This document shows positions 36,878 through 45,887 of a DNA stretch of 64,000 nucleotides, one piece after another (within the stretch, counting starts at the first letter, position 1; every line of letters begins with the position of its first letter). The translations under genes and the position numbers were made by a program. The notes under the pieces are model-generated. The model was not told where the DNA came from and ran no database searches. It was given only the letters and a program-made list of their open reading frames with translations. The DNA comes from an uncultured Candidatus Bathyarchaeia archaeon (GTDB taxonomy: Archaea; Thermoproteota; Bathyarchaeia; Bathyarchaeales; Bathyarchaeaceae), in assembly GCA_964655075.1 (NCBI GenBank), contig CAZZLD010000006.1:21045-85044 (forward strand), in the 5' to 3' direction.

Positions 36878-38335
36878 TTAATAGTCCAAGTATTTCATAA
36901 TTTCCCATGGGGTGACGTAAAGGCAGTATTGGTTCCAGTCGTTGGTTTTGTACTCTATGAAAGCGTCAAAGATGTGGCTTCCGAGGGTCTTCTGGACGAT
37001 TTCGTCGCTTTTCATTTCCTCTAGGGCGTCTTTCAGCGTCGTTGGAAGTTCCTTGATTCCGAGCGCCCGCTTCCTTTCTGCTGGCAGTTCATACACGTCT
37101 TCGTCGACTGGATCACCTGGGTCGGTCTTTTTCTTCACGCCGTCGAGTCCCGCCATGAGGATACACGAATACGCTAAGTAGGGGTTGCAGGATGGGTCAA
37201 CACAACGAACCTCCGCACGTTTATGTGAAGCAAATTTAGGTCCTTTGAAGTAGACGGGAACCCTCGCTAAGGCTGATCTGTTGCGTCGTGACCACATTAT
37301 GTAAATCGGAGCTTCAAAGCCGGGTACAAGCCGCTTGTAAGAGTTTACTGTTGGGCATGTCACAGCAGTAATAGCCCTCGCGTGCTCCAAGACTCCTCCA
37401 ATAAAGTATCTACCTGTTTGGCTTAGCTCCGCGTACTCGTCATTCTTATCATACATCGCGTTTTCTCCGTCCTTCCAAAGGGAACTGTGAACGTGCATTC
37501 CGCTGGCGTTGTCAAGATAAATCGGCTTAGGCATGAAGGTAGCGATCATCCCGTATTTTTTTGCCACGTTTTTAGCCACGAACTTGTAGTACATAGTCCT
37601 ATCGGCAGTTTTCACCAGCTCACCATAGTGAAAATCAATCTCCAACTGACCGGCTGTAGCCACCTCGTGGTGATGCATCTCAACTTCGAAACCAAAGTTC
37701 TCCTCTAGAACTGAGGCAACCTCGTTGCGGTACTCAACGGTTGTGTCCTCTGGAGGAGGCCTAAAGTACGCTTCCTTGGGTCTGAGGGTGAAGCTTCCAG
37801 GCGTAATCTCCGGCGACTCTGGCACGACTCTTGGCGCCCCCCAAGAGTCTCCTGCGCCTCCCTTTGGGCTGACCCAGAGGTCCCATACTAGTTTCGTTGG
37901 ATCAATAGACGTAAAGACGAAATACTCCAGTTCAGGGCCGAAGCGACCGGTGTAACCCATGTCTTTTGCTGCTTTAACGGCTCTTTTTGCAACGTACCCC
38001 CTTGGACACACGTCGGAAGGTTCTTTGCTACCGTAAGCCTCGTAGATATCGCCTATGATGATGGCGCTCTTCTGCTTTTCATCACTGGTCCACGGAATGA
38101 TGGCTAGGGTCTCCGGGTCCGGCATGAAAATCATGTCGGATTCCTCGATGGATTTGAAGCCTCTGATCGATGAGCCGTCGAAGCCGATTCCGGAAGTAAA
38201 AGCTGGCCCCTCCGTGTACTGTTTTGCGGGTATAACCACATCTTGCATTAGACCACGGATGTCCACGAAAGATGAGTGCACCCATCGGACCTTGTGCTCC
38301 TTTAAGGACTCAACGGTTTTCTTTAAAGTCTCCAA
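36878..38335 (-). CDS. glnA: Glutamine synthetase, type I
   Basis: FVDIRG, GIGFDGSSIRGF, ATFMPKPIY, SGMHVHSSLW and NSYKRLVPGFEAP are present. 485 aa. Confidence 0.95.
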   Translation of the reverse strand: METLKKTVESLKEHKVRWVHSSFVDIRGLMQDVVIPAKQYTEGPAFTSGIGFDGSSIRGFKSIEESDMIFMPDPETLAIIPWTSDEKQKSAIIIGDIYEAYGSKEPSDVCPRGYVAKRAVKAAKDMGYTGRFGPELEYFVFTSIDPTKLVWDLWVSPKGGAGDSWGAPRVVPESPEITPGSFTLRPKEAYFRPPPEDTTVEYRNEVASVLEENFGFEVEMHHHEVATAGQLEIDFHYGELVKTADRTMYYKFVAKNVAKKYGMIATFMPKPIYLDNASGMHVHSSLWKDGENAMYDKNDEYAELSQTGRYFIGGVLEHARAITAVTCPTVNSYKRLVPGFEAPIYIMWSRRNRSALARVPVYFKGPKFASHKRAEVRCVDPSCNPYLAYSCILMAGLDGVKKKTDPGDPVDEDVYELPAERKRALGIKELPTTLKDALEEMKSDEIVQKTLGSHIFDAFIEYKTNDWNQYCLYVTPWEIMKYLDY

Positions 38336-38429
38336 TGTCGCACACCTATTTTTTTATTCAATTGAAGCTCTAAATATTGGATATTTGTATATAAAGCTTT
38401 CGTTTTTTGAGAGAAACATTTATATAGAA

Positions 38430-38454
38430 ATTCATTAAATGAATGTGTATTCAT
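38430..38454. promoter_or_regulatory. Triple half-site palindrome ATTCAT-N3-ATGAAT-N4-ATTCAT just downstream of a TATA-like box in the glnA/lrp divergent intergenic region
   Basis: ATTCAT is at 38430-38435, ATGAAT at 38439-38444 and ATTCAT at 38449-38454. TTTATATA is at 38419-38426. A second TATA-like element (GTATATAAAG, ~38383-38392) faces glnA. Confidence 0.5.
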
Positions 38455-38487
38455 GAAAAACGCTACGCATTTTCGTGAAATCGCTGA

Positions 38488-38976
38488 ATGCGAAAATTGG
38501 AGGTAATTAAACTGGAAGCTGATTTGCCTGAAAAAGTTGACGAGGTTGACTTCCAAATTATCAATTTGCTCCAAGAGGACTCTAGGCTAAGTTTCAATAA
38601 GATAGCCACCAAACTCGGAATAGCCGTCGGAACCGCATACAACCGTGTTAAAGCTTTAGAGGATAAAGGAATTTTGAAGGACTACACAATAATGGTGGAT
38701 ACAGATAAACTCGGATACAACCTGACAGCAATCATATTAATTCAAGCCGAAGGAGGGCATCTCCCTGAGGTTGAGAAAGAAATTGCAAAGCGGGATAACG
38801 TTATCTGCGTTTACGACATAACCGGGGACTTTGATGCTGCGGTAGTAGCGAGATTTAAGGATAGATCCAGCCTAAACAGTTTCATTAAGAATCTATTAGC
38901 CACTCCTTATGTGAAAAGAAGCGTTACAAACGTCGTCCTCAACGTCGTCAAGGAGGACTTCAGGATTAAGCTTTGA
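38488..38976 (+). CDS. lrp: Lrp/AsnC family transcriptional regulator (HTH + RAM domain)
   Basis: DFQIINLLQEDSRLSFNKIATKLGIAVGTAYNRVKALEDKGIL is the HTH_AsnC region. It is followed by the RAM domain LTAIILIQAEGG...VICVYDITGDFDAAVVARF. Confidence 0.9.
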   Translation: MRKLEVIKLEADLPEKVDEVDFQIINLLQEDSRLSFNKIATKLGIAVGTAYNRVKALEDKGILKDYTIMVDTDKLGYNLTAIILIQAEGGHLPEVEKEIAKRDNVICVYDITGDFDAAVVARFKDRSSLNSFIKNLLATPYVKRSVTNVVLNVVKEDFRIKL

Positions 38977-39064
38977 GGCTTTATAAGATGGAGAAGAACA
39001 TGTTCACGTCTATCTTGAATTTAACATATGTCGTTACTAAGATTATACAGGTTGGGATTTTCTG

Positions 39065-39607
39065 ATGAAGAATCCAACAAGAATAACCATAGCCCTTGAC
39101 AACGAAACAAGCGGTTTAATTGAGAAAATGAAAAAAGAGAAAAAAGTCTCTCAAAGCGAATTGGTAAGGCGGTCTCTACTATTTTATCACGAAAATGAGG
39201 ACCTTGCCGATGTCTCGGTGAGGAAAAAACTTCGTTTCTATATGGATATGCTCCTTTCAGGCGAACATATAATCTTGGATGTGGACCACTGGCTGCTCTT
39301 CCTGAGCCTTGCTGAATCTCTGCCCGAAGAGGAATATTTTTGGGAAAAATGCAGAGAGGTGGCTAGATCCCACGCAGAACAGCTGGAAAATAAAGTCAAC
39401 TCAATTGAAGACCTATTTGAACGACTAGAAGCCTGTAATTTCTTCAAAGCGACTAAAAACTCTCAAAACGACTTCACTTTAGTGTTGGGGTCCGAAACTG
39501 CAAGGAAGTTCGTTAAAACCTTCATTGAAGAGTTTCTTTTAACCATGGGACTAAAGCCGGAGATCAAAGAAAACATCACTAAGATAAGGGTTACAATCAA
39601 AAGCTAA
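39065..39607 (+). CDS. Ribbon-helix-helix (CopG-like) protein with ~130-aa uncharacterised C-terminal domain
   Basis: The N-terminus is TRITIALDNETSGLIEKMKKEKKVSQSELVRRSLLFY (beta strand plus two helices). The C-terminal domain is not NikR-like and has no His cluster. Confidence 0.6.
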   Translation: MKNPTRITIALDNETSGLIEKMKKEKKVSQSELVRRSLLFYHENEDLADVSVRKKLRFYMDMLLSGEHIILDVDHWLLFLSLAESLPEEEYFWEKCREVARSHAEQLENKVNSIEDLFERLEACNFFKATKNSQNDFTLVLGSETARKFVKTFIEEFLLTMGLKPEIKENITKIRVTIKS

Positions 39608-39622
39608 TTTGTTCAATTTTTA

Positions 39623-39946
39623 ATGATTGTTTTAGACGTTTTTGCGTGCCACTGTGTTAGTGGAGTATGGGGGTCACTGGCAACCGGTTTGTTTGCAGCG
39701 GCAATGATAAACAACGTGAACGGTCTATTCTACGGTAATCCTCAACAACTAATTTTTCAGGCAGTAGCGGTCATTGTTGTTGCGGTCTACGTGTTCCTCA
39801 GTTCATACTTCATATTGAAATTGACTGACATTTCCTCACCAATAAGAGTGAGTCCAGAAGAAGAGGAGAAAGGCCTTGACCAGAGTCAACATGGAGAAGA
39901 AGCATACTGTCCCGCTAGAGCTTCTCCAATTAAACGGCCAACATAA
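39623..39946 (+). pseudogene. amt: Ammonium transporter (Amt) 3' remnant: last two or three TM helices and cytoplasmic tail only
   Basis: LDVFACHCVSGVWGSLATGLFAA...QLIFQAVAVIVVAVYVFLSSYFILKL...IRVSPEEEEKGLDQSQHGEEAY matches the Amt C-terminus (DVFxVHGVGGxxG...LRVxxEEExxGLDxxxHGExAY). About 300 N-terminal aa are absent. The upstream gene ends at 39607. Confidence 0.8.
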
Positions 39947-39956
39947 GTCCAGTGGA

Positions 39957-40193
39957 CGTAGAGCACTCTATTTCGCGTTAGCAGGAATCAAAAGCCTCTT
40001 CAGCGACCTTAAATTCGGTATCGCCATCATTCTTGTCCTTGTTGGAATAAGGATGGGGCTCTCCGCCATCTGCAAGTTTTCAATAGGCATGGTTCTATGT
40101 GTTACAGCAGGCGTACTCACGGTCTCCACATTAACCTCTGTTCTCAGACGACACAAAAACCAGCTAAATCATCAGCAATATGCTGCCTTCTGA
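39957..40193 (+). pseudogene. TerC-family membrane protein 3' remnant
   Basis: RALYFALAGIKSLFSDLKFGIAIILVLVGIRMGL matches the TerC C-terminal motif (LRALYFLLAG...YLKxGLAxILxFIGxKMLL). Only about 80 aa of a ~300-aa family are present, lying in ORF 39876-40193. Confidence 0.7.
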
Positions 40194-40266
40194 CCACGCT
40201 CTCTAACGCCATGATTTCGGCAAAGTTTATTTTTATCCAATCTGAACAATAAAAAAAGACGGAGAA

Positions 40267-41007
40267 TTGACCAAGTTGATCATCGACGCCCACAACCATG
40301 TTGGAGGACCAGACAGGGGCGACGGAGCTCGCCAGTCCCCAGAGGAAATTATTGCTAAAATGAATAAAGCGGGCATAGACAAGGCGGTTATCTTCCCGTT
40401 TAACGAAATCAATCCCGGCGTTTCCTTTTCTAAAGCAAACGATGGTATAGCGTCTGCCGCAAGAAAATATCCCGATAGGCTTGTCGGTTTTGCAAGATTA
40501 GACCCGAACTTTGGAGAGAAAGCCCTACTGGAACTGGAAAGGGCGATAAACAAGCTCGGGTTAAGGGGCGTTAAACTGCATCCCAGCAGCCAAAACTTCT
40601 CCTTAGATAACCCCCATGTTTTACGCATTATCCAACGAGCTTCTGAATTGAGGATACCCGTGATCTTTGACTCCGGAAAGCCCCTTTCTCCACCGGAAAA
40701 AATCGGAACGCTCGCTAAGAAAGCCCCAAGCGCGAAAATTATCATGGCCCACATGCAAGGTCCCAAATACCTAGAAACCACGGAGAAATTCGGCAATGTG
40801 TATCTCGGCACTACGGGGATGTTCAACATGTCTAAACTTCAAGAAGCCCTTCAAAGATTAGGAGCTAAAAAGCTGATCGCGGGTTCAGACTCCCCTTACA
40901 TAGAGCAAGAACGCGAGATTAAAAAATTCGATTTGATTCCAGAAATAAAAGAAAGAGAAAAAGCCCTGATTCTCGGGGAGAACATGAGGAAGCTTTTAGA
41001 ATTGTAA
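40267..41007 (+). CDS. Amidohydrolase-family metal-dependent hydrolase (TIM barrel, amidohydrolase_2-like)
   Basis: TTG start. The N-terminus IIDAHNHVG is the HxH metal site. GVKLHP, IMAHMQG and GSDSPY are present. The long antisense ORF at 40233-40829 was rejected. Confidence 0.75.
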   Translation: MTKLIIDAHNHVGGPDRGDGARQSPEEIIAKMNKAGIDKAVIFPFNEINPGVSFSKANDGIASAARKYPDRLVGFARLDPNFGEKALLELERAINKLGLRGVKLHPSSQNFSLDNPHVLRIIQRASELRIPVIFDSGKPLSPPEKIGTLAKKAPSAKIIMAHMQGPKYLETTEKFGNVYLGTTGMFNMSKLQEALQRLGAKKLIAGSDSPYIEQEREIKKFDLIPEIKEREKALILGENMRKLLEL

Positions 41008-41023
41008 ACAGGTAGAGGTTAAT

Positions 41024-42745
41024 TTGATGAGGAACCCAAAAAGAACCACTGAGCCTTTAGCGGTGAAACCGCGGAGCCGTTTGATGCGCGTGCAAGTGGC
41101 CATGGCACAAATTAACTCTACTGTTGGTGATTTAAAGGGAAATTCTGAAAGGATAAAGCATTATGTGCAGAAGGCTAAGGAAAAGGCAGTCGATCTAGTT
41201 GTCTTTCCGGAATTGGCTATAACGGGTTATCCTCCCCAAGACTTGCTCTACGAAAACAACTTCGTTCAAGAGAACAAGGCGTGGTTGAACAAAATCGTTG
41301 AAGAAAGCAGAGGCATCACTATCGTAGTTGGCTTTGTCGATTTTGATCCAAAAATCAGGGGCAGCGACGGGACTGAGGTGAAATATAATGCTGCGGCTGT
41401 GATGCGTGATGGCAGATTAGTTGGGGTCCAGTACAAGACTTTGTTGCCGACGTACGACGTTTTCGATGAGGACAGATATTTCGCACCTGCAGTTGAACAC
41501 AGGGTTTTTGACGTCAAAGGCGTAAAATTCGGCGTTGAAATCTGTGAAGACCTGTGGGACGAAAGTTATGATGTCAAGGTCACGAAAATACTCGTGGATA
41601 AAGGGGCTCAATTTATTCTGAATCTTTCAGCTTCCCCTTTTTATGCGGGTAAAAGATTGGAGAGGCAAAGACTGCTATGTAAACAGGCTAGAAATAACAA
41701 AGTTCCAATCTTCTATGTGAACGCTGTGGGTGGACAAGACGAATTGGTTTTCGACGGTCAAAGTCTAGCTGTGGATAAAACAGGAAAATTGATTGCACTA
41801 GGTAAACAGTTCGAGGAGGACTTAACCGTCACAGAGATAGACCCAGAAACAAAACTTGGGAAAAAAGTCAAAGCTCCTAAATATAACCGAGAGGCGGAGA
41901 TTTTCAACGCACTAGTTCTGGGAGTCAGAGATTACTTCAGGAAAACTGGGTTCAAGAAAGCAGTTATTGGCCTAAGCGGCGGCATAGACTCTTCTCTAGT
42001 TGCAGTAATAGCGACGGAGGCTCTGGGTAAAGAAAACGTTCTGGGTGTTTCCATGCCGTCCCGATATTCGAGTCAACATAGCAAAGAGGACGCGAGACAG
42101 CTCGCGGAAAACTTAGGAATCCCGTATAAAGTGATCCCTATTGAAACAGTCTTCAAAGCTTTTGAAGAAACTCTCCGGGAAGAATTCGCTGGTTTAGAAC
42201 GAGACGTCGCGGAAGAGAACATTCAAGCGAGGATAAGGGGCATGATTCTGATGTCCCTCTCTAACAAGTTTGGTTATCTGGTTTTATCCACGGGAAATAA
42301 GACCGAGCTGGCGTTAGGCTATTCCACTTTGTATGGAGACATGTGTGGCGGTTTAGCAGCCATCAGCGATGTGAGCAAAACGGAAGTATATGCGCTTGCC
42401 CGATATGTAAACGAAAAAGCTGGGCGTTTTATCATTCCAAAAAGTTCCGTTGAGAAGATTCCGTCAGCTGAGTTAAAAGAGGATCAATTTGATCCCTTTG
42501 ATTATGATGTGATCAGCCCCTTAGTTGACGAAATAATCGAGAACAGAAGAGGGAAAAAAGGACTCATCCAGATGGGTTACAAAAAAGAGGATGTGGCAGG
42601 TACAATGAAAAGGGTAAAAACAGCAGAGTACAAAAGGAGACAGGCTCCTCCTGGGATAAAGATTACGCGGAAGGCTTTCGGCATAGGCAGAAAGATGCCG
42701 ATTGTGAACAGATATTTGTCGAAGGGCTTTGAAACTCGGCATTAA
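41024..42745 (+). CDS. nadE: Glutamine-dependent NAD+ synthetase (CN-hydrolase domain + NadE)
   Basis: The nitrilase domain has FPELAITGY and the catalytic Cys in VEICEDLW. The synthetase domain has PP-loop GLSGGIDSS. The true start may be the ATG at 41027 or the Met of MRVQVAMAQIN at 41084. Confidence 0.9.
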   Translation: MMRNPKRTTEPLAVKPRSRLMRVQVAMAQINSTVGDLKGNSERIKHYVQKAKEKAVDLVVFPELAITGYPPQDLLYENNFVQENKAWLNKIVEESRGITIVVGFVDFDPKIRGSDGTEVKYNAAAVMRDGRLVGVQYKTLLPTYDVFDEDRYFAPAVEHRVFDVKGVKFGVEICEDLWDESYDVKVTKILVDKGAQFILNLSASPFYAGKRLERQRLLCKQARNNKVPIFYVNAVGGQDELVFDGQSLAVDKTGKLIALGKQFEEDLTVTEIDPETKLGKKVKAPKYNREAEIFNALVLGVRDYFRKTGFKKAVIGLSGGIDSSLVAVIATEALGKENVLGVSMPSRYSSQHSKEDARQLAENLGIPYKVIPIETVFKAFEETLREEFAGLERDVAEENIQARIRGMILMSLSNKFGYLVLSTGNKTELALGYSTLYGDMCGGLAAISDVSKTEVYALARYVNEKAGRFIIPKSSVEKIPSAELKEDQFDPFDYDVISPLVDEIIENRRGKKGLIQMGYKKEDVAGTMKRVKTAEYKRRQAPPGIKITRKAFGIGRKMPIVNRYLSKGFETRH

Positions 42746-43028
42746 CTATCAGCCGAAAATTCCAAAAAGAATATTTTATGACCGAAAATAACATTTTGGG
42801 AAAGATTTTTAAGCAAGTTTTGTTATGGCATACGGTTGCCGACGTCCGTATGTCAGTGGTAGTGAGAAAATTGAACGTTAAGTTCTGCAGTAATCGTTAC
42901 AACTTTGAAGACCGAAGGGACTTAGACAGATCTATGGTCTGCGCTGGGGGACACCCCATAGAAGGCAACTGCGAGGATTTTATTGACAGAAACCAGAAGC
43001 TACGCACATGCGCTCAAGGTCGATAGGG

Positions 43029-43475
43029 ATGAGAAGAATCGTCGTTAAGGAAGAAGTCTGCATGGGCTGCGGGCTCTGCGAAGTCTACTGCCTAGTGCAG
43101 CATTCTAAGTCCAAAGACATCATCAAGGCCTACAAAAAGGAGCACCCTAAACCGCTCAGCCGAGTAAGAGTGGAAAGAGACAAGCCGTCTTCGTTTGCCG
43201 TGCAGTGCCGACACTGCGAAGACCCGCCATGCGTTGTTGCCTGCCTCTCCGGTGCCATGCGTGTGGACGAGGAAACAGGGCTGGTGGTTCACGATGCGGA
43301 AAAGTGCATGGGCTGCTGGACCTGCATCATGGTGTGCCCCTACGGCGCTGTTACAATGGACGTTTCGGGCCGCAAGGTTGTAGCAAAGTGCGACTTTTGT
43401 CCAGATTTGGAAGTCCCTGCGTGCGTTGCCAACTGCCCAAATGAAGCCCTCGTGTATGAAGAGGTGAAGCCGTAA
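43029..43475 (+). CDS. 4Fe-4S dicluster ferredoxin-domain protein, first gene of the glutamate synthase operon
   Basis: CMGCGLCEVYC, CRHCEDPPC and CMGCWTCIMVCPYG cluster motifs are present. I prefer the ATG at 43029 (MRRIVVKEE) to the track start at 43008. Confidence 0.8.
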   Translation: MRRIVVKEEVCMGCGLCEVYCLVQHSKSKDIIKAYKKEHPKPLSRVRVERDKPSSFAVQCRHCEDPPCVVACLSGAMRVDEETGLVVHDAEKCMGCWTCIMVCPYGAVTMDVSGRKVVAKCDFCPDLEVPACVANCPNEALVYEEVKP

Positions 43476-44755
43476 TGTCGAAGTACGTAATCGTCGGCGG
43501 CTCAGTAGGCGGCATCGGAGCCGTTGAGGCTATAAGAGAAGTAGACCCGGTAGGCGAGATCACGGTTGTTTCAGAGGAGCCTTTCTCTCAGTATTCCAGA
43601 CCCATGATCGCTGATTTGCTCAGCAAAGAAGCCGATTTGGACAAGATGAAGTACCGTGGCGACCGTTTCTGGAAAGAGAACAGGGTTCAGGCCCTCACTG
43701 GAAGAAAGGCGGTGAGAATCAACTTAGGCGAGAGGTATGTGGAGCTGGACGGAGGAGATAAAATCAGCTTTGAGAAGCTCCTTATCGCCACTGGAGGAAA
43801 GCCCTTTGTTCCCCAGATGGAGGGCGTAGAAAAGGAAGGAGTATTCACCTTTACGAAGCTTTCCGATATAAACTCCATAGCGAAGAGGACCAAGAAGGCG
43901 AAAAAAGCGGTAGTTATCGGCGGCGGTCTCATCGGGGTCAGCGTCACTGAGGCGCTGGTAAAGCTTGGAATAGAGGTGACCCTGGTGGAGCTCAAGGACA
44001 GAATCCTAAGCCTAATCCTAGATGAAACAGCCTCAGAGATTATAACAAAGGTCATTGAGAAGACGAGTGTTACCGTTGTCACTGGCCAAACAGTGAAGCG
44101 AATACTTGGAAGGCGTGATGACGAGGGTGCTGTAGGCGGGGTTACGTTAACCGACGGCAGGGAAGTGCCGTGTGACTTGGTGGTCATCGCCATCGGCGTC
44201 GTTCCTCAAACTGAGCTTGTTGCTGGAACGGAAATAAAAGTGAACAGAGGCATCGTTGTGGACAGGTTCATGCGCACAACCGTTCCAGACGTGTACGCCT
44301 GCGGAGACGTAGCTGAAGGGTTCGATTTCGTGGTAGGCGAGAGCCGTGTTCTGCCCTTGTGGCCAGTTGCTCACATGGGTGGAAGAGTAGCAGGCTACAA
44401 CATGGCAGGCAAGAGAACAGAATATCCGGGCGGGACCTCTATGAGCGCCTTGCCATATTTCGGCCTCCCAACCATTACCGTGGGCATAGTGGACCCGAAG
44501 GAAAATGAGGGTTGTGAAGTGTTAACTAGACATGATGCTGCGAGGAATGTTTACGAGAAGATAGTTCTCAAGGACAACGTGATCGTCGGCTTCATCTTCG
44601 TTAATGACATCGAGAGAGCTGGGATATTCTTCCATCTCGTGAAGAACCATGTGGATGCGAGCAGCTTCAAACAGAAACTGTTGGCTGAGGACTTCGGTCT
44701 CATCAGCCTTCCGCAACCGCTGAGAAAAACAATGCTTCTGGGGGAAGTGGCGTGA
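43475..44755 (+). CDS. FAD/NAD(P)-dependent pyridine nucleotide-disulfide-family oxidoreductase
   Basis: YVIVGGSVGGIGA and AVVIGGGLIGVSVTEAL dinucleotide folds are present, with GDVA. The start overlaps the upstream stop (ATGT context at 43475). Confidence 0.85.
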   Translation: MSKYVIVGGSVGGIGAVEAIREVDPVGEITVVSEEPFSQYSRPMIADLLSKEADLDKMKYRGDRFWKENRVQALTGRKAVRINLGERYVELDGGDKISFEKLLIATGGKPFVPQMEGVEKEGVFTFTKLSDINSIAKRTKKAKKAVVIGGGLIGVSVTEALVKLGIEVTLVELKDRILSLILDETASEIITKVIEKTSVTVVTGQTVKRILGRRDDEGAVGGVTLTDGREVPCDLVVIAIGVVPQTELVAGTEIKVNRGIVVDRFMRTTVPDVYACGDVAEGFDFVVGESRVLPLWPVAHMGGRVAGYNMAGKRTEYPGGTSMSALPYFGLPTITVGIVDPKENEGCEVLTRHDAARNVYEKIVLKDNVIVGFIFVNDIERAGIFFHLVKNHVDASSFKQKLLAEDFGLISLPQPLRKTMLLGEVA

Positions 44756-45879
44756 AGAACCTAAGCAAAGTGAACAATCCCTACGGGGAAGACAAAGTCA
44801 TCGATGCCTGCTCCATATTCGGAATGATGAATCTCCAAGGCAAAAGGTTCTCCTCAAAGGATCCAATTAGAGCCATAGCTAACATGCATGAGCGAGGGAA
44901 CGGGTTGGGCGGCGGCTTCGCCGTTTACGGGCTCTATCCCGACTACGAGGACGCCTACGCTTTCCACGTTATGTACTTGAGCAAAGAGGCGAAGAAAAAA
45001 ACAGATGAGCTACTTAAAGAGAGCTTCGAGGTTCTCTTTGACGAGGAACTACCTACCCGCGAAGCTAACGTCAGAGACCCTCCGCTGGTTTGGCGATACT
45101 TCGTTCAACCTAAAAAGTCGAAATTGGGTACGCAGCCAGCGGACGACTACGTGGTGCAGAAGGTGATGAGGGTCAACACGGAGACCGGTAAAGCCTTCGT
45201 GTTCTCCAGCGGAAAAAACATGGGTGTATTCAAGGGTGTAGGGTTCCCTGAGGACATAGCGGAGTACTTCTGCCTAGAGGAGTATGAAGGCTACATGTGG
45301 GTCTGCCACGGCAGGTTTCCAACCAACACTCCGGGATGGTGGGGAGGCGCTCACCCCTTCAACATCTTAGACTGGACAGTAGTTCACAACGGCGAACTCT
45401 CCTCTTACGGCACTAACCATCGCTACCTCGAGATGCACGGTTACAAATGCACAATGCAAACCGACACGGAAGTCTTGGCTTATGCCTTTGACCTTCTTAT
45501 GCGGAAACAGGGTCTACCCATCGAAGTGGCTTCTCAGATTCTAGCTCCGCCCTTATGGGATGAGATAGACTCTATGGGCCCAAACGATAGGCATGTTCTT
45601 GCGGCACTAAGGCAGACGTATGGTGGACTCTTGATGAACGGGCCTTTCTCAGTCGTGGTCGCCCACCAAGGAGAGATGATCGGGTTAACTGACAGAATAA
45701 AGTTACGACCCCTCAGCGCAGGAATCAAAGGAGACCTTCTCTTCCTGTCCTCCGAGGAATCCGCCATGCGCCTTGTCTCTCCTGGCCTAGATAAGGCTTG
45801 GAGTCCTAGGGGCGGTGAGCCTGTTGTGGGTAGACTAGGCTCTCGAAAGGTTGTGGAGGTCCTAGCAAGGCAGAGGTGA
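44752..45879 (+). CDS. Glutamate synthase, class-II glutamine amidotransferase subunit (GltB domain 1 homolog)
   Basis: ACSIFGMMN contains the N-terminal nucleophile Cys. HGRFPTNT and VVHNGELSSYG are present. GTG start overlaps the upstream stop by 4 nt. Confidence 0.85.
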   Translation: MKNLSKVNNPYGEDKVIDACSIFGMMNLQGKRFSSKDPIRAIANMHERGNGLGGGFAVYGLYPDYEDAYAFHVMYLSKEAKKKTDELLKESFEVLFDEELPTREANVRDPPLVWRYFVQPKKSKLGTQPADDYVVQKVMRVNTETGKAFVFSSGKNMGVFKGVGFPEDIAEYFCLEEYEGYMWVCHGRFPTNTPGWWGGAHPFNILDWTVVHNGELSSYGTNHRYLEMHGYKCTMQTDTEVLAYAFDLLMRKQGLPIEVASQILAPPLWDEIDSMGPNDRHVLAALRQTYGGLLMNGPFSVVVAHQGEMIGLTDRIKLRPLSAGIKGDLLFLSSEESAMRLVSPGLDKAWSPRGGEPVVGRLGSRKVVEVLARQR

Positions 45880-45887
45880 AATAGACA

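Noticed and set aside
40233-40829. 198-aa minus-strand ORF overlapping the amidohydrolase gene
   Set aside because: It is antisense to a gene with clear family motifs (IIDAHNHVG, GSDSPY). Its own sequence is low-complexity (Ser/Pro/Leu-rich) with no motif. The same reasoning applies to other long antisense ORFs in the track, e.g. 45534-46247, 43687-44193, 18295-18750, 6763-7191, 23635-24024, 19181-19600 and 289-597.
42778-43026. 82-aa ORF upstream of the glutamate synthase operon
   Set aside because: It has no motif, an odd composition, and ends exactly where the ferredoxin gene's better start (ATG 43029) begins. I cannot support it as coding. It may be leader or regulatory sequence.
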